In this document: positions 1 to 10,962 of the stretch, piece after piece
Layout of the letters: each line of letters opens with the position of its first letter
Position numbering within the stretch: the first letter of the stretch is position 1
Assembly (NCBI GenBank): GCA_029261035.1
Contig: JAJDCD010000008.1
Span: 98,313 to 162,312, forward strand
DNA: 64,000 nt
DNA from: Candidatus Omnitrophota bacterium
GTDB lineage: Bacteria > Omnitrophota > Omnitrophia > Omnitrophales > JACROU01
Direction of reading: 5' to 3'
Made by a program: the position numbers and the translations under genes
The notes under the pieces: model-generated
The model's database searches: none
Told to the model about the DNA's origin: nothing
Seen by the model: the letters and a program-made list of their open reading frames with translations, nothing else

Positions 1-199
1 CAGGGGATTGCATTAGTTCTTGAAATCGCCCCATAGACATGAGCTTCATAAAGTTCTTAGACTTCGTAGCCTCTAGGACTTCTGGGTCTTCCATGAACTC
101 TTGAAACTTGGGAGAAGACAGTAACTCATTAAAACGACCGTCGCTTTGTAGCTTCGTAAACATAGAAAATAAATCCATTGATGACTTTGATTTTCCCAT
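1..199 (-). CDS. Hypothetical helical protein, runs off the window edge
   Basis: ATG at 199 opens a frame MGKSKSSMDLFSMFTKLQSDGRFNELLSSPKFQEFMEDPEV... with no stop to base 1; short Met-rich helical repeats. Confidence 0.6.
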   Translation of the reverse strand, partial: MGKSKSSMDLFSMFTKLQSDGRFNELLSSPKFQEFMEDPEVLEATKSKNFMKLMSMGRFQELMQSP

Positions 200-224
200 T
201 AGACTTTCTAAACCGAACATTTTA

Positions 225-722
225 TCACCTATAATTTGTAAATTGTAATGGAATATCCAAAGTAGATTCTTTTAGTGCTTGAATAACAAACTGTAAATCA
301 TCCCTACTTTTCGCTTGCACTCGAACCTGATCTTTTTGGATAGTAGCTTGTACTTTAATTTTCAATTCTTTTATGAGTTTAACGATTTTCTTGGTGTTTT
401 CTTGAGGTATTCCGGAAACAATCTCTGCATCAACTCTAATAGAACCACCCAAAGCTTCTTCTTCTTTTCCGTATTTCACCGCTTTAGCAGATATTCCTCT
501 CTTTGAAAATTTAGTTTCCAGAATATCTTTTATAGCTAATAATTTCATATCATCATCAGCAAGAACTGTAAGCTTCTTTGCTTCTTTATTTAAAGTAACT
601 TTACTTTTAGACCCTTTAAAATCATACCGTTGAGACAACTCTTTTTGTGTCTGATGAACAGCATTATCTACTTCTTGAAAATCAACTTCTGATACGATGT
701 CAAAGGATGCTTCCTTACTCAC
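225..722 (-). CDS. yajQ: YajQ family nucleotide/c-di-GMP-binding protein
   Basis: [37 protein letters not shown]-terminal PLQFTNYR. Confidence 0.95.
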   Translation of the reverse strand: MSKEASFDIVSEVDFQEVDNAVHQTQKELSQRYDFKGSKSKVTLNKEAKKLTVLADDDMKLLAIKDILETKFSKRGISAKAVKYGKEEEALGGSIRVDAEIVSGIPQENTKKIVKLIKELKIKVQATIQKDQVRVQAKSRDDLQFVIQALKESTLDIPLQFTNYR

Positions 723-1081
723 TATACCCCAACCTTTTCTTCGATGAATTTTTTTACCCGATCTCTATCTTCAGGGGAAATATCAAGAAATTCAACACCC
801 GTATCATATTTCACCTCTTTTTGATGTAAAACTTGACTACGAATGCACCAAACAATTTTTCCAGAACACTCGATTGGAGCTTCTCCTAACTTTCCGATAT
901 CAAGTTTTAAATCTACTCTTGAGAAAGGTGCAATGGCACTATCCAAAATCAAACAAACACCGCCTTCACCTACATTTTCAGTTTTTGTGGAAATAAGTTC
1001 TGGGGAATTATGTTCTTTAACATTAACATCACATGCAACTTCTATTCGAGGAAATTTACGCTTATTAAACGAGTTCCACAT
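722..1081 (-). CDS. Single-domain PilZ protein
   Basis: RKFPR (RxxxR), NVGEGG (D/NxS/GxxG), GKIVW, GVEF. Confidence 0.88.
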   Translation of the reverse strand: MWNSFNKRKFPRIEVACDVNVKEHNSPELISTKTENVGEGGVCLILDSAIAPFSRVDLKLDIGKLGEAPIECSGKIVWCIRSQVLHQKEVKYDTGVEFLDISPEDRDRVKKFIEEKVGV

Positions 1082-1126
1082 CTATTAGATCTCCTTATAT
1101 CTTTTCAAGAATTCTTAATCATGAAA

Positions 1127-2362
1127 TTAAGGGATTAAATTTCGAATAAAACTATCTTGATAGGGTTCCATGGCTGACATTTGCTTAAATTTCTGCAAAT
1201 CCTGCTTAGAAACTTTATAGCTCTCATACTTACCAATCATAACGCGGAAAATCTCACTCCCTCTTCTATTCAAAGTAGGGTCAACAAATGCTTTCAAACC
1301 ACTTAGGTTTAAGTTTTTGATCACCTTTTCAGCACCCTCTCTTGTTTGAGCAACACAAACTTGAATAGAGAAGTACTTTTTCGCAACAAATGGTGGCGGA
1401 GTAGCTGCTCTAGAGTTAGAAGAAGAAACAGCTCTAGAAGAAGTCACTTTGACGTCTTTTTCTTTTTTTACTACTGAGCTAGAAGGCTTCGAAACAGAAA
1501 CAACACTTTTAACCACATCACTATTAAGCTCGTTTTTCTGAGAGTTTGAATTCCATAGACTAAAAATTAACAAAGCGGTGCCAATAATCGCTAAAGAAAG
1601 TAAAACTACTTTTGTTGGAAAGCGTCTCGATAAGTGTGGGGCCTGCTGTCCTAGAACAACAAGAAAAGACAAAAATGATTTAAAAATTAGAGTCCAAATG
1701 TTTTTAATCGATTCTTTAACTTTCAAAATAGCTTGGCCAAGAGATAAAAAAATAGGTGTGAGTTTTACTGTTGGTTTCTTTGGGGAAACTAAACTTTCTA
1801 AGTCATCATTAATAATAGGACCATCTGATGTTGAGATTTTAGAAAAAGCTTCTGTTTTAGTTTTTTGAATAAAAAAAGCTTCTTCCTCTTCTTTAACTGA
1901 AAAAACTTCTTTACTCAAATCTTCTTCAGGTTCTTTTTCTTCAATCTCTTTTTCCTGTAGTTCACTGGTAAAAGATTTTTCTTCATTAAGATCTAAATCA
2001 TTAAATTCATTAAGCTGCTCGAACTCAGTCACTTGGGAGCTTTGATTAAATGCATCAAGTTCGCTTTCACCTACGCTGGACGCCTCAGAAAAAGATGTTT
2101 CTTCTTCTTTCTGAAGAACCTCTTCTTCAGAACTCTGTTTTTCAGCTTCGTTATCATTCTTTTTTCCCAACTCAAAGAGATCGGACTGAACCATTCCGGC
2201 AGGAGTTACTTCAACAGACTTTAAATCGACAGTCTCCTCATTATCTTCTTGACCTGCCTCAGAACCATCTTCCTGATGAAATGCCCCATACAAACGTTTC
2301 TGAATTTCTTTCTCTGAGAGTATTCTCAAATCCTCATCTTTAGGTTTACCGAACAATGACAT
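1127..2362 (-). CDS. SPOR-domain membrane protein with long acidic N-terminal region
   Basis: Glu-rich N-terminus, one TM (VVLLSLAIIGTALLIFSLW), Ser-rich linker, C-terminal FSIQV...FRVMIGKY...SFIR. Confidence 0.75.
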   Translation of the reverse strand: MSLFGKPKDEDLRILSEKEIQKRLYGAFHQEDGSEAGQEDNEETVDLKSVEVTPAGMVQSDLFELGKKNDNEAEKQSSEEEVLQKEEETSFSEASSVGESELDAFNQSSQVTEFEQLNEFNDLDLNEEKSFTSELQEKEIEEKEPEEDLSKEVFSVKEEEEAFFIQKTKTEAFSKISTSDGPIINDDLESLVSPKKPTVKLTPIFLSLGQAILKVKESIKNIWTLIFKSFLSFLVVLGQQAPHLSRRFPTKVVLLSLAIIGTALLIFSLWNSNSQKNELNSDVVKSVVSVSKPSSSVVKKEKDVKVTSSRAVSSSNSRAATPPPFVAKKYFSIQVCVAQTREGAEKVIKNLNLSGLKAFVDPTLNRRGSEIFRVMIGKYESYKVSKQDLQKFKQMSAMEPYQDSFIRNLIP

Positions 2363-2403
2363 CGAAGTCTTCCCTTCATTAAAACAAATTTTGTAGCGAC
2401 CTT

Positions 2404-2901
2404 CTATCTAGAAAACGGTGAGTTTTCCCTAATAAAGTAAGTTAATTTATACAAATCCACATTCCCCAATTGCAGGTGAGCTTTTTCGCTAAAACCTTTG
2501 TTTTCGAAAAGGTTAATAGCGTCTTTCATTTTGGAAGTTGTTTTAAAAACCAATTCTTGATACCCAACTTCTCTACAGAACTCTATAGCTTTGTCTAACA
2601 ATTCTCTTCCAACTTTTTTACCTCTAAGTTCTGGAGAAACAAAAATTCTGCGCACCAAAGCTGTTCTATCATCTTCCTGCTTTACTCCTATACTACCAAT
2701 AATTTTACCGTCTAAAAGAGCGACAAAGAAAGCTTCTCCTGCTTTACAGTAATAATCAGATATATTTTCTAAATCGTCTGCCGGGAAAGCCCCCAAAACA
2801 TCCGAAAACTCTGATTTCATAATATCTGTAATTAGACCACGAACTTCTTTATTGTCTTCTTTTTTAAACTTACGTATTTCAACATTGAGTTTAGTATTCA
2901 C
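2404..2901 (-). CDS. GNAT family N-acetyltransferase
   Basis: RIFVSPELRGKKVGRELL acetyl-CoA motif A; AINLFENKGF; TTG start. Confidence 0.88.
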   Translation of the reverse strand: MNTKLNVEIRKFKKEDNKEVRGLITDIMKSEFSDVLGAFPADDLENISDYYCKAGEAFFVALLDGKIIGSIGVKQEDDRTALVRRIFVSPELRGKKVGRELLDKAIEFCREVGYQELVFKTTSKMKDAINLFENKGFSEKAHLQLGNVDLYKLTYFIRENSPFSR

Positions 2902-2932
2902 AAGTGAACCCTTTCGTCATAAGATAATAAAG

Positions 2933-3145
2933 TTATTTCTTTTCTTCACCTTCTTTTTCTTCCTTCTTACCGTCACCCTTGTTCACTTTAATCTTCTGAG
3001 ACTTTACCTTTGGTAAACCAAAAACTGTCATGGACTCATCCCATTTTTCAGCTTCCACAAGCTTTTTAATTCTTTCGTATCTTTTTAACACATTACGATG
3101 CCTAGCTCCCACACCACCAACTCTTAAACTTGGATGTTGACTCAC
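2933..3145 (-). CDS. PVC-superphylum signature small basic protein (TIGR04137-like)
   Basis: MSQHPSL...RHRNVLKRYERI..L....KW......VFGLPKVK pattern; GTG start with GGGGAAG SD. Confidence 0.85.
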   Translation of the reverse strand: MSQHPSLRVGGVGARHRNVLKRYERIKKLVEAEKWDESMTVFGLPKVKSQKIKVNKGDGKKEEKEGEEKK

Positions 3146-3191
3146 TTTACTTCCCCCTTATAGATAACATTTTGTGGTACAAAGACTTAGT

Positions 3192-3220
3192 ATTATACTC
3201 ATTTTAAGCCTTATTGGCCA
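3192..3220 (-). promoter_or_regulatory. Putative sigma70 promoter for the small basic protein gene
   Basis: Minus strand TGGCCA-17 nt-TATAAT. Confidence 0.45.
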
Positions 3221-3348
3221 CTAAAATTCAATGCTGTTTACTATCTTACAAATGCTTTAAAGACAATAGGATAGGTTGATCATTTAGATAGAATATAACA
3301 ACTATTTAATCCAGAATTGAATATACCGAGAATAGAAAGAATAAAATA

Positions 3349-4029
3349 TTAGGCAGAAAAACTTCGAACAAAACCGTCATTATTGAGCTTTAAATCTTTT
3401 CTTAATTGAGTTAATACGGCATCTGCATCGTTTTTGCCTGAAAAAGGCCCTACATTTAAAACAAAATATTTTCCACTTTGTTTTATGAAAGCATCATAGC
3501 CTTTAGAGGTCAACTTTTTAGCAGTGCGGCCGGCCGCTGTGTCTGAAACATAGGTAACAAGCTGAATTGCATACCTTTTTTGCTGTTCAATCTTAATCAG
3601 CTGATTTTGAGTCAATGTTGCATTTTCTTGCACAATCTCTTCCGTTCTAATAATAGGGCTTTCCTCTGTTGTTTCCGTATTCGCACCCGCCTCCAAAGCC
3701 TTCTCTTGTTTTTTGGTTTTAGGCTCCACTCTAACAACTTGATCCTCACGTGTCCATTCCTGCTGGATCAAAGGCTCACTACTATTCAAATTCCGAGATA
3801 GGTCTGTTTTTGCGATTTCAACAGCTTTTAGCTTACCCTTTTCAACGCCTAAAGCAAATGTAACTGAAAACAATACCATCAAAGATATAGACATAATAAC
3901 AATTTTATCAAATGTCATAGTAAATTGAATACGATCAAAAAAGGAAGAGTTTGAAGAGTCGTCTTCAGCTTGAAACGGTCTTAAATCATTTATATTGTGC
4001 TTGGAATCAAAGAATAAATCGCCTTGCAT
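3349..4029 (-). CDS. SPOR-domain membrane protein
   Basis: Likely start MQGDLFF (ATG 4029, AAGGGG SD); TM ending FALGVEKGK; C-terminal YAIQLVTY...VLNVGPF...DGFVR. Confidence 0.8.
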   Translation of the reverse strand: MQGDLFFDSKHNINDLRPFQAEDDSSNSSFFDRIQFTMTFDKIVIMSISLMVLFSVTFALGVEKGKLKAVEIAKTDLSRNLNSSEPLIQQEWTREDQVVRVEPKTKKQEKALEAGANTETTEESPIIRTEEIVQENATLTQNQLIKIEQQKRYAIQLVTYVSDTAAGRTAKKLTSKGYDAFIKQSGKYFVLNVGPFSGKNDADAVLTQLRKDLKLNNDGFVRSFSA

Positions 4030-4133
4030 AAAAGCCCCTTTACTAAAAATTTGGTCTACATTTTGCGTTGTATAAATTATCGACCAAAAACAGAAATCTT
4101 TAAGTAAAAAGGATGCTTTTTTTTGAAATTTTT

Positions 4134-4745
4134 CTACTCGATGAGCCCCACTCTTTTTGGGGGCCACCAAATCAGAAATGCTTTCCCGAGGGTGTTTTTT
4201 TCAGGAACAAATCCCCAATTTCTACTATCACTTGATTGAGCGCTATTATCACCTAACACAAAGTAATGATCTTCAGGGACTTTGATAGTCTGGCCATAGC
4301 GTCCATAATCCCAATCTTCTCGATTATAATAATAATTATTCAAAATCACCTTGGGGTCCTCTAATCGATTCCCATCGATATAAACAGCCCCATCCTTGAT
4401 CTCAACCTCCTCGCCTTCAAAAGCAATCAAACGCTTAACAAAGTCTTTTTTAGGATCTAAAGGGTATTTAAAGACCATAACATCCCCTCTTTCAGGCTCA
4501 TTAAATCGATAACCTATTTTATTAACTAAAATTTTGTCGTTCTCAATTAATGTCATTCTCATTGACCCTGTTGGGATTTTATATGCCTGGATAAAAAAAG
4601 CTCTGATTATTAAAGCTAATATTAGCGCTATCAGGATAGGCTTTATCCACTCTTCATAAAGATAATTGAAGATTTTCTTTTTATCCCATTTATGCTTTTC
4701 GTTTGAATTCTTTTCATCCGGCAATGCGGTATTTTTATCTTCCAT
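4134..4745 (-). CDS. lepB: Signal peptidase I
   Basis: IPTGSMRMTL (Ser), FVKRLI (Lys), GDNSAQSSDSR; follows lepA. Confidence 0.96.
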   Translation of the reverse strand: MEDKNTALPDEKNSNEKHKWDKKKIFNYLYEEWIKPILIALILALIIRAFFIQAYKIPTGSMRMTLIENDKILVNKIGYRFNEPERGDVMVFKYPLDPKKDFVKRLIAFEGEEVEIKDGAVYIDGNRLEDPKVILNNYYYNREDWDYGRYGQTIKVPEDHYFVLGDNSAQSSDSRNWGFVPEKNTLGKAFLIWWPPKRVGLIE

Positions 4746-6526
4746 TATTCCACCTTTAAAATGCTAATAAATGCTTCTTGAGGTAAGTCAACGCGTCCAA
4801 CGCGTTTCATTCTTTTCTTACCTTCTTTTTGTTTTTCAATAAGTTTTCTTTTTCTTGTAATATCTCCACCATAACACTTCTCTGTCACATTTTTTCTAAG
4901 AGCGGCTACCGATTCTCGAGCTACAATTTTAGCGCCAATTGCCGCTTGGATAGAAACCTCAAACATTTGTCTCGGAATAACCTCTTTAAGTTTTTCAACT
5001 AAACTCTTACCTTTAAAATGTGCATTTTCTTTAACAACAATACAGGAAAGAGCATCTACAGGTTCCGAATTTATTAAAATATCCATTTTAACTAATTTTG
5101 CAGCTTTATATCCAATTAACTCATAGTTAAATGAGCCGTACCCACTAGTAATGGATTTTATTTTATCATTAAAATCCATAACAATCTCCGACAAAGGTAG
5201 CTCGTAAACAAGCAACACAATGCTCGTATCTAAATACTCCGTACTTTTATAGATCCCTCTGCGCTCTTGTGCCAACTTCATAATCCCTCCCATGCTATCC
5301 GGTGGAATCATTATATTAGCTCGTATATAAGGCTCTTCAATCGTTTCTATAACGGAAGGGTCCGGCATTTTAGTTGGGTTTTCAATCTGATATACAGAAC
5401 CGTTCGTTTGCAAAATTTGATATACAACACTTGGAGCTGTAATAATAAGCTCTAAATTAAACTCTCTCTCTAAACGCTCCTGAATAACGTCCATGTGCAA
5501 CAAACCTAAAAAGCCACAACGGAACCCGAACCCTAAAGAGGCTGAAGTTTCTGCTTCAAACTGAAATGAAGAGTCATTCAAAAGCATTTTGTCTAAAGCT
5601 TCTCTCAGTAAGGAAAAATCTTTGGAATTCACAGGATACATACCACAAAAAACCATAGGTTGAATATCTTCATACCCAGGCAAAGGTTCCTTAGCTGGGT
5701 TATTTTTTAAAGTAATCGTATCCCCAATTTTTACTTCCGAAACTTTTTTAATATTGCTGACAACATATCCCACTTGCCCCGCATGTAATTGATTCACTTT
5801 TTCTTCTCTAGGATTCAAAATACCCAGTTCCAAAACCTCAGACTCTGTTTTTATTTGCATCATTTGTACAACATCACCCTTTTTAAGAACACCATCTATA
5901 ACTCGAATATAAGTAACAACTCCACGGTAATTGTCATAGATTGAATCAAAAATAAGTGCTTTCAAAGGAGCCTTAACATCTCCTTGCGGCTTTGGAATAC
6001 GATTGATTATAGCTTCAAAAACATCTGAAGCACCTTCTCCACTTTTAGCACTGGTATAGATAATATCCTCTATATCCATATCCAAAATATTACAAATTTC
6101 TTCAGCTACTTTTTCTTTATCTGCAGCCGGCAAATCAATCTTAGTTACAATAGGAATAATAACGAGATCTCGCTCTAAGGCTAAATATAAATTAGTCATT
6201 GTTTGAGCCTCAACACCCTGACCCGCATCAACTAAAAGCAAAACACCTTCGCAAGCAGCCAAACTTTTAGAAACTTCATAGGTGAAATCAATATGACCAG
6301 GAGTATCAATTAAATTAAGCATATGCTCCTTATAAAACAACCGTACCGCTCGAGCTTTAATGGTAATGCCTCGCTCTCGTTCCAGCTCCATATCATCTAA
6401 CAACTGGTCTCTAAACTCTCTTTTAGAGATAGCTCCAGAATCTAATAAAAGTCGGTCTGCTAACGTCGACTTTCCATGATCGATATGAGCAATAATTGAG
6501 AAATTCCTTATTTTTGATGTATCCAT
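4745..6526 (-). CDS. lepA: Elongation factor 4
   Basis: [50 protein letters not shown]. Confidence 0.99.
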   Translation of the reverse strand: MDTSKIRNFSIIAHIDHGKSTLADRLLLDSGAISKREFRDQLLDDMELERERGITIKARAVRLFYKEHMLNLIDTPGHIDFTYEVSKSLAACEGVLLLVDAGQGVEAQTMTNLYLALERDLVIIPIVTKIDLPAADKEKVAEEICNILDMDIEDIIYTSAKSGEGASDVFEAIINRIPKPQGDVKAPLKALIFDSIYDNYRGVVTYIRVIDGVLKKGDVVQMMQIKTESEVLELGILNPREEKVNQLHAGQVGYVVSNIKKVSEVKIGDTITLKNNPAKEPLPGYEDIQPMVFCGMYPVNSKDFSLLREALDKMLLNDSSFQFEAETSASLGFGFRCGFLGLLHMDVIQERLEREFNLELIITAPSVVYQILQTNGSVYQIENPTKMPDPSVIETIEEPYIRANIMIPPDSMGGIMKLAQERRGIYKSTEYLDTSIVLLVYELPLSEIVMDFNDKIKSITSGYGSFNYELIGYKAAKLVKMDILINSEPVDALSCIVVKENAHFKGKSLVEKLKEVIPRQMFEVSIQAAIGAKIVARESVAALRKNVTEKCYGGDITRKRKLIEKQKEGKKRMKRVGRVDLPQEAFISILKVE

Positions 6527-6530
6527 ATTT

Positions 6531-7181
6531 TTATTGCGCTCTTAACTCTTCTATAATTTCCTTACGATTTTGTTTTTTAAAAATACTGGAGCCTGCTACT
6601 AAAATATCAACTCCGGCCTGTTTTGCAACTATTGCAGTTTCAGGGGAAATGCCTCCATCCACAGAAATAAGCCCTTTAAATTCCCCCCTTAAATCTCTCA
6701 CTTTTTGAATCATTTCTTCCATAAATGACTGTCCTCCAAAGCCAGGCTCCACTGTCATAATCAAAATAAGGTCTATCTGATCCAAATAAGGTTTTAAAGT
6801 GTCTATAGAAGTCTTAGGTCTCAATGAAAGACCTACCTTGGCTCCCAACTCCTTTATTTTAGCAATCGTTTCACCTAATTTATCTGTGGCTTCAACATGC
6901 ACCGTAATCCAATCTGCACCCGCACTCCTAAAATCTTCAACATATCTAATTGGATCATCAATCATTAAATGAACATCAAGGGGAAGCTTCGTAGAAGAAC
7001 GAACCGATGAAACAACACAAGGTCCTATAGAAATATTAGGAACAAAAGACCCGTCCATAACATCCACATGAATCAGATCACAACCCGCCTTTTCCACGTC
7101 TTGAATTTCTTCTGCTAATTTGCCAAAATCAGCAGCGAGGATACTTGGCGCTACCAAAATATTTCTTTTTTTATCACTCAT
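6531..7181 (-). CDS. rpe: Ribulose-phosphate 3-epimerase
   Basis: [35 protein letters not shown]; start chosen at MSDKK after AAGGTG. Confidence 0.97.
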   Translation of the reverse strand: MSDKKRNILVAPSILAADFGKLAEEIQDVEKAGCDLIHVDVMDGSFVPNISIGPCVVSSVRSSTKLPLDVHLMIDDPIRYVEDFRSAGADWITVHVEATDKLGETIAKIKELGAKVGLSLRPKTSIDTLKPYLDQIDLILIMTVEPGFGGQSFMEEMIQKVRDLRGEFKGLISVDGGISPETAIVAKQAGVDILVAGSSIFKKQNRKEIIEELRAQ

Positions 7182-7243
7182 AACAACGTCACCTTTCTTA
7201 CGCAAAATACGTATCTTACCCTTTTTAATCCCAAATAAAATAT

Positions 7244-8515
7244 TTAATTATGAAGGAACTCTGTCTCTATCAAAGCTTTTTGTTTTTCTGACAAAGCCCC
7301 TATTGCAGCAAAGCTCGTATGGTTTCTTTTAAACATCTCTTTTGCACATAGTTGAATATCTTCCACGGTAACTTTTTCGACTTGATTCTTAATTTCTTCT
7401 CGTGTGGGTATTGAATTTTCATACAAATACTTTTCACCCAACCAGGTCATATAATCAAGAGTGTCTTCAATAGACATATAAAACTGCCCAAGTAAATAGT
7501 CTTTTGCTCTTCGAAGCTCATTACTCCGAACTCCTTTTTCTTTAATTTTATTCAGCTCCCTTAAAATAAGTTTCACAGAGCTCACAGCCTTGACCGGGTC
7601 TACACCCGCAGAAATAGTAAAACAACCCGTATCTGCATACGTATTCAATTCCGAACTAATTTCATAGGCTATCCCTTTTTTCTCACGCAATTCTTCAAAA
7701 AGCCTACTGCTCATATTTGCGCCCAAAATAATGTTTAACAAGCCCGCAGGATAACGTTTAGGATCTGATTGGGAATACGCATGATAACCAATAACAAAAT
7801 GAGTCTGTTCTGTATTTCGATCTACAAACATAATCCTTGGCTTTGTCTGTAGGTTGGATGCTTTCTTAAAAGAAGAGGGCTTCCCTTTAGGAATTTTTGA
7901 AAAGTTTTTTTCAATCATATCCCTTATCTCTTCATAAACAAAATCTCCACACACAGACACAACTAGATTTGAAGCTGTATAATATTTTTTAAAATACTTA
8001 ACTAAATCTTTACGACTTAACTTTGAAACCGTATTTTCATCTCCAGCTAATAACTGCCCCAATCGTTGATTTTTCCATAACAAAGTACTAATGAGATCAT
8101 AGATATAATTACCCGGTTGATCCAAATACATTTTGACCTCATCTAATATAACAGCTCTCTCTTTTTCAATTTCTTTGCTCAAAAATAAAGGGGAATGAAT
8201 CATGTCTGCCAAAATCGCTAAAGATGAGTCAAAGAAAGGATGAAGCGTTTTTACAAAAAAACAAGTAGACTCTTCTGTTGTATAAGCGTTAAGAACCCCT
8301 CCGCACCCTTCAATTTCTTCTTTAATTTGCTTTGTGGTTTTATGCTTCGTTCCCTTAAAGAGCATGTGTTCAATAAAATGTGCTGCCCCTGCCTGATGCG
8401 AAGGCTCATGCCTTCCTCCAAATTTAGTAAAAACTCCCATTGAAATAGAATCTTTACTTCGCATACGAGAAGCCACAATCTTAAGCCCATTATCTAATTG
8501 ATCTAAAACATACAT
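7244..8515 (-). CDS. M16 family zinc peptidase
   Basis: HFIEHMLFKGT (HxxEH), NAYT, SSRLFEELREKKGIAY. Confidence 0.94.
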   Translation of the reverse strand: MYVLDQLDNGLKIVASRMRSKDSISMGVFTKFGGRHEPSHQAGAAHFIEHMLFKGTKHKTTKQIKEEIEGCGGVLNAYTTEESTCFFVKTLHPFFDSSLAILADMIHSPLFLSKEIEKERAVILDEVKMYLDQPGNYIYDLISTLLWKNQRLGQLLAGDENTVSKLSRKDLVKYFKKYYTASNLVVSVCGDFVYEEIRDMIEKNFSKIPKGKPSSFKKASNLQTKPRIMFVDRNTEQTHFVIGYHAYSQSDPKRYPAGLLNIILGANMSSRLFEELREKKGIAYEISSELNTYADTGCFTISAGVDPVKAVSSVKLILRELNKIKEKGVRSNELRRAKDYLLGQFYMSIEDTLDYMTWLGEKYLYENSIPTREEIKNQVEKVTVEDIQLCAKEMFKRNHTSFAAIGALSEKQKALIETEFLHN

Positions 8516-8527
8516 AAGATTTCCACT

Positions 8528-8947
8528 CTATTGACTATCTAAATAGTTTTGAAGAATAATTTGAGCTGCCATAGAATCAATTTTTTGCTTCCGTTTTTTT
8601 CGAGAAAGATCTGCTTCTATCATCAGCTTTTCAGCAGAAACCGTCGACAAACGCTCATCCCAATACTGAACTGGAATCTCAATAATCTTTTTTAATAAAT
8701 CCACAAAATCGATTACAGACTGAGCTGAAGGCCCTAAGCTCCCATCCATATTTTTAGGAAGCCCGACTAAAAGAATTTCAATCTGTTCTTCAAAAATAAA
8801 TCTCTTAATTTCCTCAAGCGCAAACTCTGTACTTTTTCTTAAGATATATGGGTGTGGATGAGCCGCAACACCTAAAAGGTCAGAGGTAGCAACTCCTATT
8901 CGACGCGTTCCCACATCTAGAGACATCACTTTTTGTTTTAAATTCAT
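8528..8947 (-). CDS. ruvX: YqgF/RuvX pre-16S rRNA nuclease
   Basis: LDVGTRRIGVA.SD, VGLP, WDERLST, IDSMAAQIILQ. Confidence 0.95.
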   Translation of the reverse strand: MNLKQKVMSLDVGTRRIGVATSDLLGVAAHPHPYILRKSTEFALEEIKRFIFEEQIEILLVGLPKNMDGSLGPSAQSVIDFVDLLKKIIEIPVQYWDERLSTVSAEKLMIEADLSRKKRKQKIDSMAAQIILQNYLDSQ

Positions 8948-8948
8948 A

Positions 8949-9749
8949 CTATGCTTTGGGATGACATATTTGAACAAAATTTTCCAAATATTTTCTTACT
9001 TTTAGTTTATTTTTACCGCTTTGTTTAATTTGTTCTACCAGAGCGCTGCCAACAATAACTCCGTCAGCATCCTTCAAAAGCTTCTTAACTTGCTCCGCAG
9101 AAGAAACTCCAAAACCAACCAGAACCGGCAAAGAAGATACCTTCTTAATTTCAGATATCTTTTTCTTAATTTTAGGCGCTAATTTATTTTGTTTTCCTGT
9201 AACCCCTTTTCTTGAAACATAATAAATAAAACCTGAACCTTTTTTCGTAATTTTACGAATTCGCTCTTCTGTTGTCGTTGGTGCTACTAAGAATATTTGA
9301 CTCATTTGATTTCTTCTTAGAAGAACCCCTAGACGATCATCTTCTTCAGGGGGTAAATCTGGACATAAAACACCATTAAACCCAGATGATTTTAATTGCT
9401 TCACAAAATCAAAAAGGCCTATTTGCAAAACAATATTATAGTATGAGAAAAAAATTATCGGCACTCTAACACCCGAAGCTCTCAGTCTCTTCACCATACT
9501 AAAAGCATCTTTAATACGAATACGATGATCCAAAGCATATTGAGAGGAATCTTGAATTGTTGGACCATCTGCCATAGGATCAGAAAAGGGAATGCCCAAT
9601 TCAACAATATCAACTCCCAACTTATCACAAATTCGAATCCACTCTTCCGTATCTTTTAAACTTTTATACCCTAAAGTAAAAAAAGCACAAAAAATCTTTT
9701 TTCCATTTTCAATTTTTGTTTTCAATTCTTTTTCTAACGGATTAGACAT
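8949..9749 (-). CDS. trpA: Tryptophan synthase alpha subunit
   Basis: [45 protein letters not shown]. Confidence 0.97.
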   Translation of the reverse strand: MSNPLEKELKTKIENGKKIFCAFFTLGYKSLKDTEEWIRICDKLGVDIVELGIPFSDPMADGPTIQDSSQYALDHRIRIKDAFSMVKRLRASGVRVPIIFFSYYNIVLQIGLFDFVKQLKSSGFNGVLCPDLPPEEDDRLGVLLRRNQMSQIFLVAPTTTEERIRKITKKGSGFIYYVSRKGVTGKQNKLAPKIKKKISEIKKVSSLPVLVGFGVSSAEQVKKLLKDADGVIVGSALVEQIKQSGKNKLKVRKYLENFVQICHPKA

Positions 9750-10941
9750 TTTTAGAATCCCATTCTTGAATCATGTGAATATCTTTATCTCCCCGACCTG
9801 ACAAACACACAATGACAGACTCCGATTTTTTTGTCTTTGGCATCAACTTATCTAAATAAGCTAAAGCATGAGAGGTTTCCAAAGCAGGAATAATCCCCTC
9901 TAACTGCGTTAATCGATGAAAAGCTTTAACAGCTTGCGCATCAGTCACAGAAACATAATCAACCCTTTTGAGGCTCTTCAAATAAGCATGTTCTGGTCCT
10001 ACAGAAGGATAATCTAACCCAGCGGATATGGAGTGCGCCAGCTGAACCTGCCCATCCTCATCCTGCAAAAGTAAACTTTTCATGCCATGCAAAACCCCAG
10101 GCTTCCCTTTTAAAATAGCAGCGGCATGATTTGAGGTATGAACACCCTCCCCCGCCGCCTCAACTCCAATAATTCGGACCTTGTCTTTTAGAAATGGGTA
10201 AAACAAACCAATAGAATTACTCCCCCCACCAACACAAGCTAATAAATAATTTGGAGATTTTTTTAATTTTTGTTTATGCTGTAATTTCGCTTCTTTTCCA
10301 ATTACAGACTGAAAATCTCTAACAATCATCGGATAAGGATGTGGCCCTACGCAAGAACCAATCAAATAATGCGTGTCATCCACATTTGTAACCCAATCTC
10401 GAATAGCTTCATTCGTTGCATCTTTCAAAGTTTTGGAACCCGAATAAACTGGAATTACTTCAGCACCTAACAACTTCATCTTATAAACATTCAAGGCTTG
10501 CCTTTTAACATCTTCCGCACCCATATACACAACACACTCTAACCCAAAAACTTTTGCTGCTGTTGCCGACGCAACTCCATGTTGGCCAGCGCCCGTCTCA
10601 GCCACAATGCGTTTCTTCTTTAAGTACACCGCCATGAGAGCCTGTCCCAATGTATTATTAATTTTATGAGCACCTGTATGACACAAATCTTCTCTTTTTA
10701 AATATATCTTAGCTTTCCCATAATAATTCGTTAAATTCTTAGCTAAGTATAGCGCTGTCGGTCTCCCCGCATAATCTGATAAATAAAATTCCAAGTCTTT
10801 TTGAAACTTCTTATCCTTAGTTAGACGATGATAAGCTTCCGTTAATTTCTCTAAAGCTTCCACAAGCGTTTCCGGAACATAACGTCCACCGTAATCATCG
10901 AAATGACCTTGTTTATCTGGTACCGATTGTTTGTTTTTCAT
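9742..10941 (-). CDS. trpB: Tryptophan synthase beta subunit
   Basis: [39 protein letters not shown]. Confidence 0.98.
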   Translation of the reverse strand: MKNKQSVPDKQGHFDDYGGRYVPETLVEALEKLTEAYHRLTKDKKFQKDLEFYLSDYAGRPTALYLAKNLTNYYGKAKIYLKREDLCHTGAHKINNTLGQALMAVYLKKKRIVAETGAGQHGVASATAAKVFGLECVVYMGAEDVKRQALNVYKMKLLGAEVIPVYSGSKTLKDATNEAIRDWVTNVDDTHYLIGSCVGPHPYPMIVRDFQSVIGKEAKLQHKQKLKKSPNYLLACVGGGSNSIGLFYPFLKDKVRIIGVEAAGEGVHTSNHAAAILKGKPGVLHGMKSLLLQDEDGQVQLAHSISAGLDYPSVGPEHAYLKSLKRVDYVSVTDAQAVKAFHRLTQLEGIIPALETSHALAYLDKLMPKTKKSESVIVCLSGRGDKDIHMIQEWDSKNV

Positions 10942-10962
10942 TTACATTTTCCATTCCTAATT

